From contig CAVQYR010000001.1 in assembly GCA_963718235.1 (NCBI GenBank), forward strand, positions 448,001 to 512,000: 64,000 bases of DNA. The letters are read 5' to 3'. Both the position numbers and the translations under genes were made by a program. How positions within the stretch are numbered: the stretch's first letter is position 1; every line of letters starts with the position of its first letter. The stretch is from an uncultured Actinomycetota bacterium. GTDB taxonomy: Bacteria; Actinomycetota; Actinomycetes; JAHEKZ01. Under the pieces are notes generated by a model. That model had not been told where the DNA came from. It did not search any database and saw only the letters and a list, made by a program, of their open reading frames with translations. Positions 28,806 to 38,760 of the stretch are shown here, piece by piece.

Positions 28806-29939
28806 GTGAGCCCTTCCCCGGCGGCGCTCAGCCGTCGCTCACCGTCGACGACGCATGCGCGCTCGGCGGTTCTCGACAACGCCAAGTACCTGCTGATCAC
28901 CCTCGTCGTGATCGGCCACATCCTGCGCCCCGGCCCTGAGAACGAGATCGCCATGCAAGGGGCGTTGTGGGTGTGGATCTACCTGTTTCACATGCCAGCT
29001 TTCGCCTTCGTCTCCGGGCACCTGGTCGGGATCAGGCCACCGACCGCTCACCGGTACCGCGACCTGGTGCTGCGCCTGCTGATCCCCTACCTGCTGTTCA
29101 ACAGCTTCTACGTCGTCCTCGACCGGGTGGCGCTCGGCAGCGGGGAGCCGTTCGACCTCACCGAGCCCTACTGGCTCACCTGGTTCCTGCTGTCGCTGTT
29201 CTGGTGGCGCCTGCTGCTGCCGGTGATCCTGCAGCTGCGGTACCCCGTGGCGACGTCGGTGGTGATCTCGCTGGTCGCTGGGCTGGTCCCCGGTGTGGGG
29301 TCGCAGTTCTCGGCGTCGCGGACGTTGTCGATGCTGCCGTTCTTCGTCCTGGGTGCCGTCCTGACCCGTCAGCAGATCCTGTGGCGTCCTCCGCGCGGAG
29401 ACCGGCTGGTCGGAGGGCTGGTCCTGGCGGCTGCCTTCGTCGCGGCCTGGGTGATGGCGTCGAACATGGGGCTGATGACCGACTGGATGTCGTGGAAGGT
29501 CGGGTACGCCGAGCAGGGGCTCGATCCGCTGACCGGGCTTGCCATCCGGGCCCTTCTCCTCGGGGTCGGGATCGTGATGACCTTCGCGTTCTTGTCCGTC
29601 GTGCCCCGCGCCCGCACCGGCTACACCCTGCTCGGCGCGTTCACGATCTACCCGTACCTGCTGCACGGGCTGGTCGTACGTGGGTACCGGGCCACGCCAC
29701 TGCCTGACGCGTCTGAGACGTGGGTCGGCTTCGTGCTGCTCATCGCCGTGGGCGTTGCCCTGACGGCCGCGCTGTCGACCGAGCCCGTTCGACGCCGCGC
29801 CCGGTTCGCAGTCGAGCCGCGGCTGCACTGGCTGTTCGTCCGGGACGCGACCCCGACCCCCTCTGCGCCGGACGAAACGGCGCCACCGCACGGCTCGAGG
29901 TCTCAGCTCCAACCCGCTACCGGGTCACCGGCTCCGTAG
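28806..29939 (+). CDS. Acyltransferase_3 family membrane O-acyltransferase
   Basis: DNAK..LI.LVVIGH, IYLFHMPAF, WFLLSLF, YPYLLHG. Confidence 0.85.
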   Translation: MSPSPAALSRRSPSTTHARSAVLDNAKYLLITLVVIGHILRPGPENEIAMQGALWVWIYLFHMPAFAFVSGHLVGIRPPTAHRYRDLVLRLLIPYLLFNSFYVVLDRVALGSGEPFDLTEPYWLTWFLLSLFWWRLLLPVILQLRYPVATSVVISLVAGLVPGVGSQFSASRTLSMLPFFVLGAVLTRQQILWRPPRGDRLVGGLVLAAAFVAAWVMASNMGLMTDWMSWKVGYAEQGLDPLTGLAIRALLLGVGIVMTFAFLSVVPRARTGYTLLGAFTIYPYLLHGLVVRGYRATPLPDASETWVGFVLLIAVGVALTAALSTEPVRRRARFAVEPRLHWLFVRDATPTPSAPDETAPPHGSRSQLQPATGSPAP

Positions 29940-29967
29940 CTGCGCCGGCGCCCGTTGCCGTACCCGG

Positions 29968-30312
29968 TCACGTCCCCGGGCCCCGCATCCGCCACGCGTC
30001 GGTCACGAGCTCGCGGAGTCGCTCGACGTCGAGCTCGGCGAGCCGAACCATGACCAGGGGCCAGCCGTCGTACCCGGTCGTGGTGAAGAACAGCTCGGGC
30101 TCGCCGAGCAGTAGCGCCTGCTTCTCCGCCTCGTCGCCCACGTAGAGGACTGCGATGTCGGTCCTGATCAGCCGGGGCTTCCCCTCCCGACGCTCGGGGT
30201 AGGACCAGACGAACCCCTTGTTGTTCACCCGGAAGTCGAAGCCGTCGCTCGGCATCTCGACGACGTCGGGCAGGGCGGTCGCCAGGCGGCGTACGTCGTC
30301 TGCGTCAGCCAA
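29968..30312 (-). CDS. MmcQ/YjbR family protein
   Basis: VRRLATALP, FRV..K.F, FFTTTGYDGWP.V.VRL, ELVTDAW. Confidence 0.85.
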   Translation of the reverse strand: MADADDVRRLATALPDVVEMPSDGFDFRVNNKGFVWSYPERREGKPRLIRTDIAVLYVGDEAEKQALLLGEPELFFTTTGYDGWPLVMVRLAELDVERLRELVTDAWRMRGPGT

Positions 30313-30487
30313 GGCACGTCTCCTCGGTCGCTCCCACCGGGCCGAACAGAAGGCCGGTGCCGGAAGCGTACGCCGGACGGCGGAGGTCTAGCGGGAGCGC
30401 AGCCGAGCACGTCCGGGCTCGGGCACCGGCGTCGAGCCCGGTGTGGAACCCGGTTAGACTCCCTCCTCGTGCCGGTTCGCCGGTCAC

Positions 30488-30564
<77 letters not shown>

Positions 30565-30616
30565 CTTTCGTCGGCTCCACAGCGTCTCGACGGCGGCTCT
30601 CTTGCTTCCCAGGTCA

Positions 30617-30663
30617 GACACCGAGAGACCCCGGGGCCGTGAGCGCCGGGGTCTCTGGGTGTC
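30617..30663. terminator. Stem-loop downstream of the tRNA, possibly a bidirectional terminator
   Basis: AGAGACCCCGG ... CCGGGGTCTCT arms extended by GACAC/GTGTC; no long U tract. Confidence 0.55.
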
Positions 30664-30746
30664 ACAGGAACGTCGCCTGACTACCCGCGACGGACGGATC
30701 GGTACCGCCTCAAGGAGAGGCTGCCCGTCTCCTCGGGCGCCATGGC

Positions 30747-31238
30747 CTAATGCGTTGCGGCGACGGTGATGGTCTCACCGGTGGCGTCGTTGGTCAGCTG
30801 GACTGTGATCATGTGGCCTCCAGCGTCTTGGGTGGAGAGCCGGTTGATCGAGAACGTGCCGCCGCCCTCGCTCGCCACGGTGGTGGCCTGCCCCCGGCTG
30901 AAGACCTGGCCGGCATGGCTGAATGTGACCTTCCAGACTTGTCCCGACGCGGCCGAGTGCAGTTCGACCTCCACCTCGGTCTTGTCGTCCTCGCGGTACG
31001 TCGTGATGCGGGCGCGGCTGCCTATGCTGCCCGTGGCAACTTCGCTCAGGTCCGGCGAGGCCGTGGGTGTGGCGGCAGTGCTCTCGCCCGGCGCGAGTGT
31101 TTGCGAGTCGCTCGTGCTTGCCGCTGGGGTGTTCTTCGTTCCCGCACCGGTATCGGATGTCGACCCGCATCCTGTCGCGGTGGCGGCAACCAGTGCCATA
31201 GCCACCGCCGCGATGGCGACGGTCTGACCTCTCATCAT
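30747..31238 (-). CDS. Hypothetical lipoprotein
   Basis: Hydrophobic signal ending ATGC, S/T-rich linker, small beta-rich domain. Confidence 0.7.
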   Translation of the reverse strand: MMRGQTVAIAAVAMALVAATATGCGSTSDTGAGTKNTPAASTSDSQTLAPGESTAATPTASPDLSEVATGSIGSRARITTYREDDKTEVEVELHSAASGQVWKVTFSHAGQVFSRGQATTVASEGGGTFSINRLSTQDAGGHMITVQLTNDATGETITVAATH

Positions 31239-31392
31239 CAGCGACTCCCTCCTCGGCGGTCTTCCCAGGCGGGCCGCCAGGGGCTCCTGGGGGCACGGTG
31301 CAGGTCGAGCGGGGATCGAAGCCATGGCACGCCTCGATCCGCCGCTCAGCGCACTGATGCGCGCTCGCGTACCACAGAGCCACGACGGTCGG

Positions 31393-31785
31393 TCAGTCGA
31401 CGCGAAGCGTCCCCTTCGAGACGAGGGTGCCGCCGGGCGCGCGCACTCGGATGACGTCCCCAGAATTCATCGTGGGAACACCGTGATGCCGATCCAGGAA
31501 CACCGTACCGGTGGAACGAACCCGAGCCCGGCCGACCAAGTCGCCGTCTACGCGGACAGTGACCCTCTTCCCGGAGATCGTCTGAGCGTGGTGGATCACC
31601 ATCTCGAACTCTCCGGAACCGCCGTAGTACTCGGCCATCCCGTGCACCTGCGGGAACGCCGTCGTCGATCGCATGCGGGCGTCGAGCGACGTCGCGGCGG
31701 TCGCCGGGGCCATCGGAACAACAGCGACGGCGACGAGCGCGAGGGTGACAACAGCACGTGGTGCGAACCTTCGGAGTGAGAGCAT
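31393..31785 (-). CDS. Hypothetical secreted protein
   Basis: Signal peptide ending ATA-A; GGAG RBS; good codon usage. Confidence 0.7.
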   Translation of the reverse strand: MLSLRRFAPRAVVTLALVAVAVVPMAPATAATSLDARMRSTTAFPQVHGMAEYYGGSGEFEMVIHHAQTISGKRVTVRVDGDLVGRARVRSTGTVFLDRHHGVPTMNSGDVIRVRAPGGTLVSKGTLRVD

Positions 31786-32116
31786 CTCCGTCTCCCTACT
31801 TGGCTGGGACACCAATAGTGTTCTGCCGTAGGGGCGGGCCGGGTAGAGGAGGAAGTCCCGGCGAGCACTGGATGATCGAGGCAGCCAACCACTCCGGCAC
31901 CTACATCTTGCACGCCAACAGTGAGGCCTTCACCAGGGTGCAGATCATCACGGTTGAGGAACCTCAACATGGTAGGCAGCGCTCTGCCGCCCGTTCGGCG
32001 CGTGCACGGTCGCGAGCGCGCAGCTGTTCGATGTCCTCTTCGGCTTCCTGCAGGGCCTGCACGACGTCCCGCGACTGCACATCGAGCACAACCTGGCTGA
32101 CATTCGCTGGGTTCGG

Positions 32117-32517
32117 TTGGTGACCGGTCGCCAGGCGTTCGACGAGCATCAACTTCAGAGTCTCACTCAGCTCTTCGACATCGCGGAGGTCGTACAGCTG
32201 CCCACGGACGATGTGGTGGCGGCCTGCATCGCCTTGAATGACTTCGACGTAGATGTGGGCATGTCCGCGGGTCCGGCCAGCATGTGGCACATCGAGCGAG
32301 TCCATCCCGCCGCGCGAATCGCAACCGGGCCATGGCCAAGCCCGGAGAGTCTTGCGGTGAGGATTCTTGAAAGCCTCGAGGCAGCAGCGGATGCCGAACC
32401 CGATGAGGTTAAGCGCGGAAGCTTCGAGCGGCGGTCGATGTCTTGGGCAGCACGGCCAAGGGTGTTGGAACGAGTGTGCTGACTGCCGTAGTCCTTAGGG
32501 CCACGGGCATTTCCTGA
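32117..32517 (+). pseudogene. Frameshifted hypothetical protein
   Basis: WPSPESL...AADAEPDEVKRG continues in another frame as KLRAAVDVLGSTAKGVGTSVLTAVVLRATGIS*. Confidence 0.5.
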
Positions 32518-32688
32518 TGGGGGTTGCCCACTCCAAATCCCCTCGCCGCCTGCGGGCGGTAGAAGCGTTGGCTGAAGTTAGCCGGTACCGGGGTACAGGG
32601 TTGAATCCGAGGCTACGCCTGGACAAACAAGTCATCGGTGGGTGAATCCGCGGGTCACCAGACAAAGTGGCAGGAACTTCGCGGCCCC

Positions 32689-32731
32689 CTCGTAATGCGT
32701 AGGTCAAGGGTTCGACTCCCTTAGGCGGCTC
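32689..32731 (+). repeat. Duplicated 3' half of tRNA-Thr (att-like site)
   Basis: CTCGTAATGCGTAGGTC identical to 30520-30536, then AAGGG-TTCGACT-CCCTT-AGGCGGCTC. Confidence 0.85.
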
Positions 32732-32824
32732 GGCGAGTGGCCCGGCTTTGGCGCCCCTTGGGCGGCCTGCTCATATGCCCGCGCAGGGTCTTGGGCCATC
32801 GCTCCTCGACGCACGCGGTTTCGG

Positions 32825-33127
32825 CTAGGCAAAGATGTCTTCGAGGAAGCTCTTGCGCTTCTTGGAGGGCTTGCCACTCGGAGTCTGCGGTGGATAGCCC
32901 TGGCGCTGAGGCGGGTACGGCTGTTGGTAGCCGTGCTCCGGGACAGCAGGTGCTGGAGCCGGGGAGGCAGTCTGGGCGGCCCACCGGAGTTCGGCGTCGA
33001 CCAGGCCGTCGAGCTCGCCGCGGTCCAGGAACACCCCGCGGCACTCGGTGCACTGGTCCACGTGGATGCCGCTGCGCTCGTACTGCCGCATGTCTCCATG
33101 GCACTTCGGGCAGGTCAGCACGCTCAT
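32825..33127 (-). CDS. zf-TFIIB domain protein
   Basis: CPKC...GIHVDQCTECRGVFLDRGEL; KKRKSFLEDIF C-terminus. Confidence 0.88.
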   Translation of the reverse strand: MSVLTCPKCHGDMRQYERSGIHVDQCTECRGVFLDRGELDGLVDAELRWAAQTASPAPAPAVPEHGYQQPYPPQRQGYPPQTPSGKPSKKRKSFLEDIFA

Positions 33128-33354
33128 CCGAGGAGTCCTCTCTTCTGGTCCTTCAGCATCACAGGTGAATGTCGATTCCGCAATCTCACTGCTGAGTTAT
33201 GCTTCGCGCGGCAACGGCGCCAGCCACCAACGGATTCCACGACCTGCGGAGTGACTGGGCCGTTCCGCCGCTGGGAGCAGACAGTCCTGCGCCGACATGC
33301 ATGGTGGGTCGTCCACATCTACCTTTGGGTCTACACACTCATCCAGGAGGATCC

Positions 33355-34113
33355 GTGGCTGCGCCCACGATCGACGGACTACGGCGTTACAACCTCGTCG
33401 CGGCAGCGATTCACGCGGTGCAGGCTGTGCTCATCGTGCTGCTGTCGACCGACTTCACCCTGCCGGTCACCGCGACGTACCTCGAGGGTCCGCCTGGGAC
33501 GACCCCCGCGGACCAGATCGTCCTGTGGGACGTTCCGGTAGCGCTGGGGGTGGCCCTCTTCTTCGCCCTCTCGGCCGCCTTCCACCTGCTCGTTGCCAGC
33601 CCCTGGGGATTCCCGCGCTATCGCAAGGGGCTGCTGGCGGGGCACAACTACTTCCGCTGGATCGAGTACTCCCTTTCGGCGTCGGTGATGATCGTCCTGA
33701 TTGCCCAGCTGGTCGGCATCAGCGACGTTGCCGCGCTGCTCGCGATCTTCGGCGTCAACGTGTCCATGATCTTGTTCGGCTGGCTGCAGGAGCAGTATCA
33801 CGTTCCCGGCGACGGTGGCTGGTTGCCGTTCGTCTTCGGCTGCATCGCCGGCATCGTTCCCTGGCTGGTCATCACCTTCTACCTCGTCGGACCTGGTGCG
33901 ACCAGTGACGCCGAGCCGCCGGTGTTCGTCTACGGGATCTTCGTCTCGCTGTTCATCTTCTTCAACATATTCGCGCTGAACCAGTGGCTGCAGTACAGGC
34001 AGGTGGGGCGATGGCGCGACTACCTCGTCGGGGAGCGTGCGTACATCACGCTCAGTTTGCTGGCGAAGTCAGCACTCGCGTGGCAGGTCTTCGCGGGCAC
34101 GCTCGCCGGTTGA
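33355..34113 (+). CDS. heR: Heliorhodopsin
   Basis: LRRYN...H..Q in TM1, SAAFH, RWIEYSLSAS, YITLSLLAKSALAW (retinal Lys); 7 TM; GGAGG RBS. Confidence 0.93.
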   Translation: MAAPTIDGLRRYNLVAAAIHAVQAVLIVLLSTDFTLPVTATYLEGPPGTTPADQIVLWDVPVALGVALFFALSAAFHLLVASPWGFPRYRKGLLAGHNYFRWIEYSLSASVMIVLIAQLVGISDVAALLAIFGVNVSMILFGWLQEQYHVPGDGGWLPFVFGCIAGIVPWLVITFYLVGPGATSDAEPPVFVYGIFVSLFIFFNIFALNQWLQYRQVGRWRDYLVGERAYITLSLLAKSALAWQVFAGTLAG

Positions 34114-34193
34114 TGGCGCCTCGGCGCCGGCGCTCGGTCGTCGCTGTGTCAGGTGTGGAGCGTTGACGCAGGATGCGGCCTAGGGTCAGTACC

Positions 34194-35395
34194 ATGACGC
34201 GTAGGGCAGGGTTCGACCTGGTCGGACTCGCCGCAGTCCGAGCGTGGATGCGCGCCTACGTCGACGACGGCCGCCTCCCCGGGGCATCGACTCTGATCGC
34301 CCGCCACGGCGAGATCGAGCTGTTCGAGTCCTACGGTGCTCGTGACCTGGAGCGGATGGCTCCCGTTCAGCTCGACACCCTCTTCCGCGTCTACTCGATG
34401 ACCAAGCCGGTCACCTCGGCGGCGGCCATGATCCTGGTCGAGCGGGGTGAGCTCGGGCTGGACGACCCGGTCCAGACGCTGATCCCGTCGTTTGCGGGGC
34501 TCACCGTGAATCGCCACGGAGCCGGGGACACCATCGAGCCCGAACCCCTGCGAGCCCCGATCACGGTCAGGCACCTGCTCACTCACACCTCAGGCCTCAC
34601 GTACGGGGAGGGCAACCCAGGTGCGGTGTCGCGCGCCTACGTGGAGCGCAGGACCGACTTCGGTGCCAGTGACGGGCCGCTGGCAGAGGTGGTCGACCGA
34701 CTTGCCACGATCCCCCTGCTGTTCCAGCCGGGTACGTCGTGGGCCTACGGAGTGTCGACCGACGTACTCGGCCGGGTGGTCGAGGTCGTGTCAGCACAGC
34801 CTCTGGACGCGTTCATGCATGCCCACGTCTTCGAGCCCCTGGGAGATGACTGGACACGTCGTTCGAGGTGGGGCCAGGCCAGGTGGAGCGCTTCGCCGCA
34901 CTGTATGAAGTGACAGAGGGCAACCGACTCACGTGCGTCGAGTCCCCGGAGAGCAGCCCGCAGACCGGTGCCGTCTCGACGCTGTCCGGTGGTGCCGGAC
35001 TCGTGTCCACCGCCTCCGACTACCTTCGTTTCGCTGAGATGCTGCGCCTGGGCGGGTCCATCGACGGTGTCCGCGTGCTGGCGCGCCGGACGGTCCAGGC
35101 GATGGTCAGCAACCAGCTGCCGCACGACCTGGCGGAGATGGGGCAGCCGACCTTCAACGAGACCAGCATGGACGGCGTGGGGTTCGGCCTCGGTGTCTCG
35201 GTGGTCGTCGACCCGAACCGTACGGCCTGGCGCTCGAGCGTCGGCGAGTTCGCCTGGGGCGGCTACGCGAGCACGGCGTTCTGGGTCGATCCGGTGCACG
35301 ACGTCAGCGTGGTCTTCATGACCCAGGTCATGCCTTCGGACCTCTACCCCATCCGGGCCGAGCTGCGATCCCTCGTTCTCGACGCTCTGGTCTAG
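34194..35395 (+). pseudogene. Serine hydrolase (class C beta-lactamase-like esterase), frameshifted near 34845
   Basis: YSMTKP (SxxK), LLTHTSGL, WAYG in one frame; GGAGLVST and WGG in another; may be a sequencing error. Confidence 0.8.
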
Positions 35396-35407
35396 CCAGG
35401 GCAAGAG

Positions 35408-36649
35408 CTAGACGTCGACGACGTTTGGTCGCATGTTCATCCCGAACGGCTCGAGATAGCGACGGATCGCGATGGCTGCCGCGGCTCCCTCGCCTGCAGC
35501 AGACGCCGCCTGCTTCGTGCTTCCGCTGCGCACGTCGCCGGCCACGAACACGCCGGGGATCGAGGTCTGCATTCCGGCGTCCGACACGACGAACCCCTGC
35601 TCGTCGAGGTCGACGAGCTCGCGCACGAGTTCGGCATTGGGGGTCAGACCGACGAACACGAAAGCGGCCGGCACCGACAGGGTGCTGCGCGTACCTGACG
35701 GCGCCTCCTCGACCACCACGCCGGTGAGCTTGCCGTTCTCGCCGACGAACTCCACCGGGGACGTCCTCGCTCGAACGGTGATGTCCGCGTTTCGCTGCAC
35801 CTTGTCCACGGCGGCCCGACTCGCAGTGAGCTGCTCGCCGTCAGTGACCAGGGTGACCTGCTCGCCCAGGGTGGTCAGGTAGAGGCTTTCCTCGGTGGCG
35901 GAGTTGCCGCCCCCGACGACGACCACGTGCTCGCCCCGGTAGAAGGCCCCGTCGCAGGTCGCGCAGAAGTGCACCCCGGAACCGATGTAGTCGTCCTCTC
36001 CGGGGATTCCGAGCCGCCGGTAGGTAGAACCGCTCGCGAGCAGCAGCGCGTGGCAGCGATAGGCGGTCTCGGCGTCGGTACCCTCGCCGGTCCGGACGAC
36101 CCGCTGGTCGCCCTCGACGCCCACCGACGTGACCTGGGTGGCGGACAGGATCTCCACGCCGAACCGTTCAGCCTGCCGGCGCAGCCGATCGGCGAACTCC
36201 GCCCCCCGGACGCCCTCGGGGAACCCGGGGAAGTTGTCGATCTGGTCGGTGGTCCCGATGGCACCCCCGATGGCCGAGGCCTCGATGACCAGCGTCGGGA
36301 TTCCCTCACGGGCGGCGTAGATCGCAGTGGTGAGACCGGCCGGACCGCTCCCGATGACGATGAGGGAGTAGAAGCGCTCCTTGGCCTGCGTCTGGAGGCC
36401 GAGGGCCGCCGCCAGGTCTGCGTTGGACGGCTCGACCAGGGTCGTGCCGTCGGTCAGGAAGAGCACGGGGATGATGAGCTTCCCGTCGTTCACCTCCTCG
36501 ACCACGGCGCGTCCCTCGTCGTCGCCGTCGACATCGACGAAGTCGTAGGGCACTCGCTGCTCGCTGAGGAACTGCTTGGCGCGCTGGCAGTCAGGACACC
36601 ATGCGGTGCCGTACATCCGGATCGGGTGCGGAGGGTTTGTCTGGGGCAC
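35408..36649 (-). CDS. Glutaredoxin/mycoredoxin-like domain fused to thioredoxin reductase
   Basis: N-terminal WCPDC; then GSGPAG, CATCDG, GGGNSA, GVFVAGD. Confidence 0.88.
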   Translation of the reverse strand: MPQTNPPHPIRMYGTAWCPDCQRAKQFLSEQRVPYDFVDVDGDDEGRAVVEEVNDGKLIIPVLFLTDGTTLVEPSNADLAAALGLQTQAKERFYSLIVIGSGPAGLTTAIYAAREGIPTLVIEASAIGGAIGTTDQIDNFPGFPEGVRGAEFADRLRRQAERFGVEILSATQVTSVGVEGDQRVVRTGEGTDAETAYRCHALLLASGSTYRRLGIPGEDDYIGSGVHFCATCDGAFYRGEHVVVVGGGNSATEESLYLTTLGEQVTLVTDGEQLTASRAAVDKVQRNADITVRARTSPVEFVGENGKLTGVVVEEAPSGTRSTLSVPAAFVFVGLTPNAELVRELVDLDEQGFVVSDAGMQTSIPGVFVAGDVRSGSTKQAASAAGEGAAAAIAIRRYLEPFGMNMRPNVVDV

Positions 36650-36759
36650 GGTGGCGTCTCCTGAGGCGTGACGTGGGCACTTCTCGCGAAAGGGAGAACC
36701 CGAGGGCCCCAGGGATCCTTCCCGGGAGCGCCGGACAGTCGAGGAGGTAGGTCGACAGG

Positions 36760-37308
36760 CTAGAGATCAAGGCCGGGTAGGCCGTCCAGACTGGTCGCGT
36801 TGCGCTCCGCACGGTACGCGACCAGCTTCTCCGGTCCCTTCTTCGCCGCCGACCGGTCGAGCACGTCACGGTCGGCCTGGTAGCTCATGAGCGGCACGGC
36901 GAACCCGCAGGACTCCGCAACGCGATCGACGTCGACCACGATGACCGATCGGATCCCCGGGTGGGCGGAGAACCGCTGGACCAGGTCGGCGAAGCCCGGT
37001 TCCTCCGGCAGCACCACGTGACCCCGCCCGTGGAGGCGCACGATCCTCGGCGGCCCTTCGAACGCACAGAACATGAGGACGATCCGGGCGTTCTCGCGCA
37101 GATGGGCGACGGTCTCGATCCCGCTTCCGGTGAGGTCGAGGTAGGCGACGTGCCGATCGTCGAGCACGGCGAAGGTCCCGGCCAGCCCCTTGGGCGAGCA
37201 GTTGACCAGGCCGTCCCCAGCGAGCGGGGCTGTGGCCACGAAGAAGACTGGCTGCACGGTCAGCCAGTCGGTCAGTTTCGCGTCCAAGAATTCGATCTCT
37301 CGGCCCAT
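36760..37308 (-). CDS. Pyridoxamine 5'-phosphate oxidase family protein
   Basis: FFVATAPL, NCSPKG, YLDLTGSG.ET.AH, MFCAFEGPP.I.RL. Confidence 0.88.
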   Translation of the reverse strand: MGREIEFLDAKLTDWLTVQPVFFVATAPLAGDGLVNCSPKGLAGTFAVLDDRHVAYLDLTGSGIETVAHLRENARIVLMFCAFEGPPRIVRLHGRGHVVLPEEPGFADLVQRFSAHPGIRSVIVVDVDRVAESCGFAVPLMSYQADRDVLDRSAAKKGPEKLVAYRAERNATSLDGLPGLDL

Positions 37309-37407
37309 GACTTCGCCTCCCGATGACTTGAGCGGACGTTATCGCGGCCTTGAGGTTCGTTCCCAGAGCCTGAGGCTGGAGACGTCGACCGGAACGGGGA
37401 GGTCCTT

Positions 37408-38700
37408 ATGTTCGGACCGCGTATTGCCGCTACAGCACTGGCGTTGACGTCAGTCATCGGTGTCACCGCAGGACCTGCCGGTGCTGCAGTCGCAGCGACT
37501 TGGGGGGCCACGAAGACGCTGCAGGGCGTCTTCATGGTTTCCTCGCCGCCGGAGGCACCCAGCGTCGCCGCGAACTCGTCTGGTCATGCGGTTGCGGTCT
37601 GGGACAACACCGGCGTTGTTCGGTTCGCCGAGCACGACAAGGCGACCGGGTGGTCGTCATCTCGACCCGTGTACGCCGGTGCTGCCTGGTACGGCGGCCC
37701 GGCCTCCGTGGCGATCGGTTCTGACGGGACGACGGCGATCGCGTGGGCAACCGTGGCGACGCGTTACGTGCCGGCCAAGCTCGTGGCCTCCGTCCGGGCA
37801 CCTGGGGGTACCTTCACGCTCCCGGTTCAGCCGGCTCCCGGAGTGCTCGGAGGCTCATACTCCCTCGGTGTCGCCGGTGACGGCTCGGTGACCATGCTGT
37901 GGGCCGGGGCCTCCGGTGTGCAGTCCAGCACGAGATCACCGGCCGGTTTCTGGAGCCCCGCCCAGCAGCTGTCGGCCGGAACCGGAGTGAGCCTGCCCCG
38001 CCTCGTGGTGAACGACTCCGGTGCAGCGCTCGCGGTCTGGCAGCAAGGTGCGCCCGGGATTCCGACTGAGGTCGTCGCTGCCTATCGACCTGCCGGATCA
38101 GGTTCCTTCGACCCGGCCGCCACGGTCTCGGCGGGAACGGGCAAGGCCACCTGGAACCCCCAGCCCACGATCGATGCCACTGGTGACGTCGCCGTCGGAT
38201 TCGTGGAGGGCACGTCGATGGTGGTCTCCGAGCGCCCGCCAAGTGGCGCGTGGACAACACCTGTGACGATCTCCCCTGCTCTTCAGTCGGTGGGTGCTCC
38301 GGCGCTGGCCATGGACGATGCTGGTGACCTCGTCGCCGCGTGGCAGGCCATCGATGCGAGCGGGCTCAGCTCGGTATGGGAGAGCGGGAAGCCGGCTGGA
38401 GGCACTTTTGGCAACCCCTTGAGGTTGTCGGTGAAGGCGGACGACGCCACCGGACCGAGTGCGTCTTACTCCGGAGATGGCACGGTGGCGGCAGTGACCT
38501 GGATCGACAACGCTGCGTTGAGGGGCAAGGCATCCACCGGCACTGTCGGGGGAATCTGGACGCGATCGTCGTTGGGTCTGGGCTACTGGGGGTCGACCGT
38601 GCCGGTGGCGGCCGGTGGCGGTACGGCAGCTGCTGTCTGGGCCGCGGCGATTCCGACCAACGCGAACACATCGAAGATCGTGGGCCGTGCTTTCGGATGA
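37408..38700 (+). CDS. Secreted hypothetical protein with internal beta-repeats
   Basis: Signal peptide; repeated P.(V/L)A....G...A.W units. Confidence 0.72.
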   Translation: MFGPRIAATALALTSVIGVTAGPAGAAVAATWGATKTLQGVFMVSSPPEAPSVAANSSGHAVAVWDNTGVVRFAEHDKATGWSSSRPVYAGAAWYGGPASVAIGSDGTTAIAWATVATRYVPAKLVASVRAPGGTFTLPVQPAPGVLGGSYSLGVAGDGSVTMLWAGASGVQSSTRSPAGFWSPAQQLSAGTGVSLPRLVVNDSGAALAVWQQGAPGIPTEVVAAYRPAGSGSFDPAATVSAGTGKATWNPQPTIDATGDVAVGFVEGTSMVVSERPPSGAWTTPVTISPALQSVGAPALAMDDAGDLVAAWQAIDASGLSSVWESGKPAGGTFGNPLRLSVKADDATGPSASYSGDGTVAAVTWIDNAALRGKASTGTVGGIWTRSSLGLGYWGSTVPVAAGGGTAAAVWAAAIPTNANTSKIVGRAFG

Positions 38701-38760
38701 TCGTTCGATCGAAAGCTGAGCGTTCGCCCTAGAGTCACCCTCACGGATCTGGAGGGTGCG

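Larger units (their letters stand above)
30565..32731. mobile_element. Degenerate tRNA-Thr-integrated island remnant, no integrase
   Basis: Bounded by the intact tRNA and a second copy of its 3' half; holds orphan exported proteins and gene fragments. Confidence 0.6.

Noticed and set aside
31964-32305. 113-aa minus-strand ORF in the island
   Set aside because: Overlaps plus-strand fragments that look more protein-like; no recognisable motif.
32689-32731. Second functional tRNA
   Set aside because: Lacks the 5' acceptor strand, D-arm and 5' anticodon stem; only the 3' half is present.
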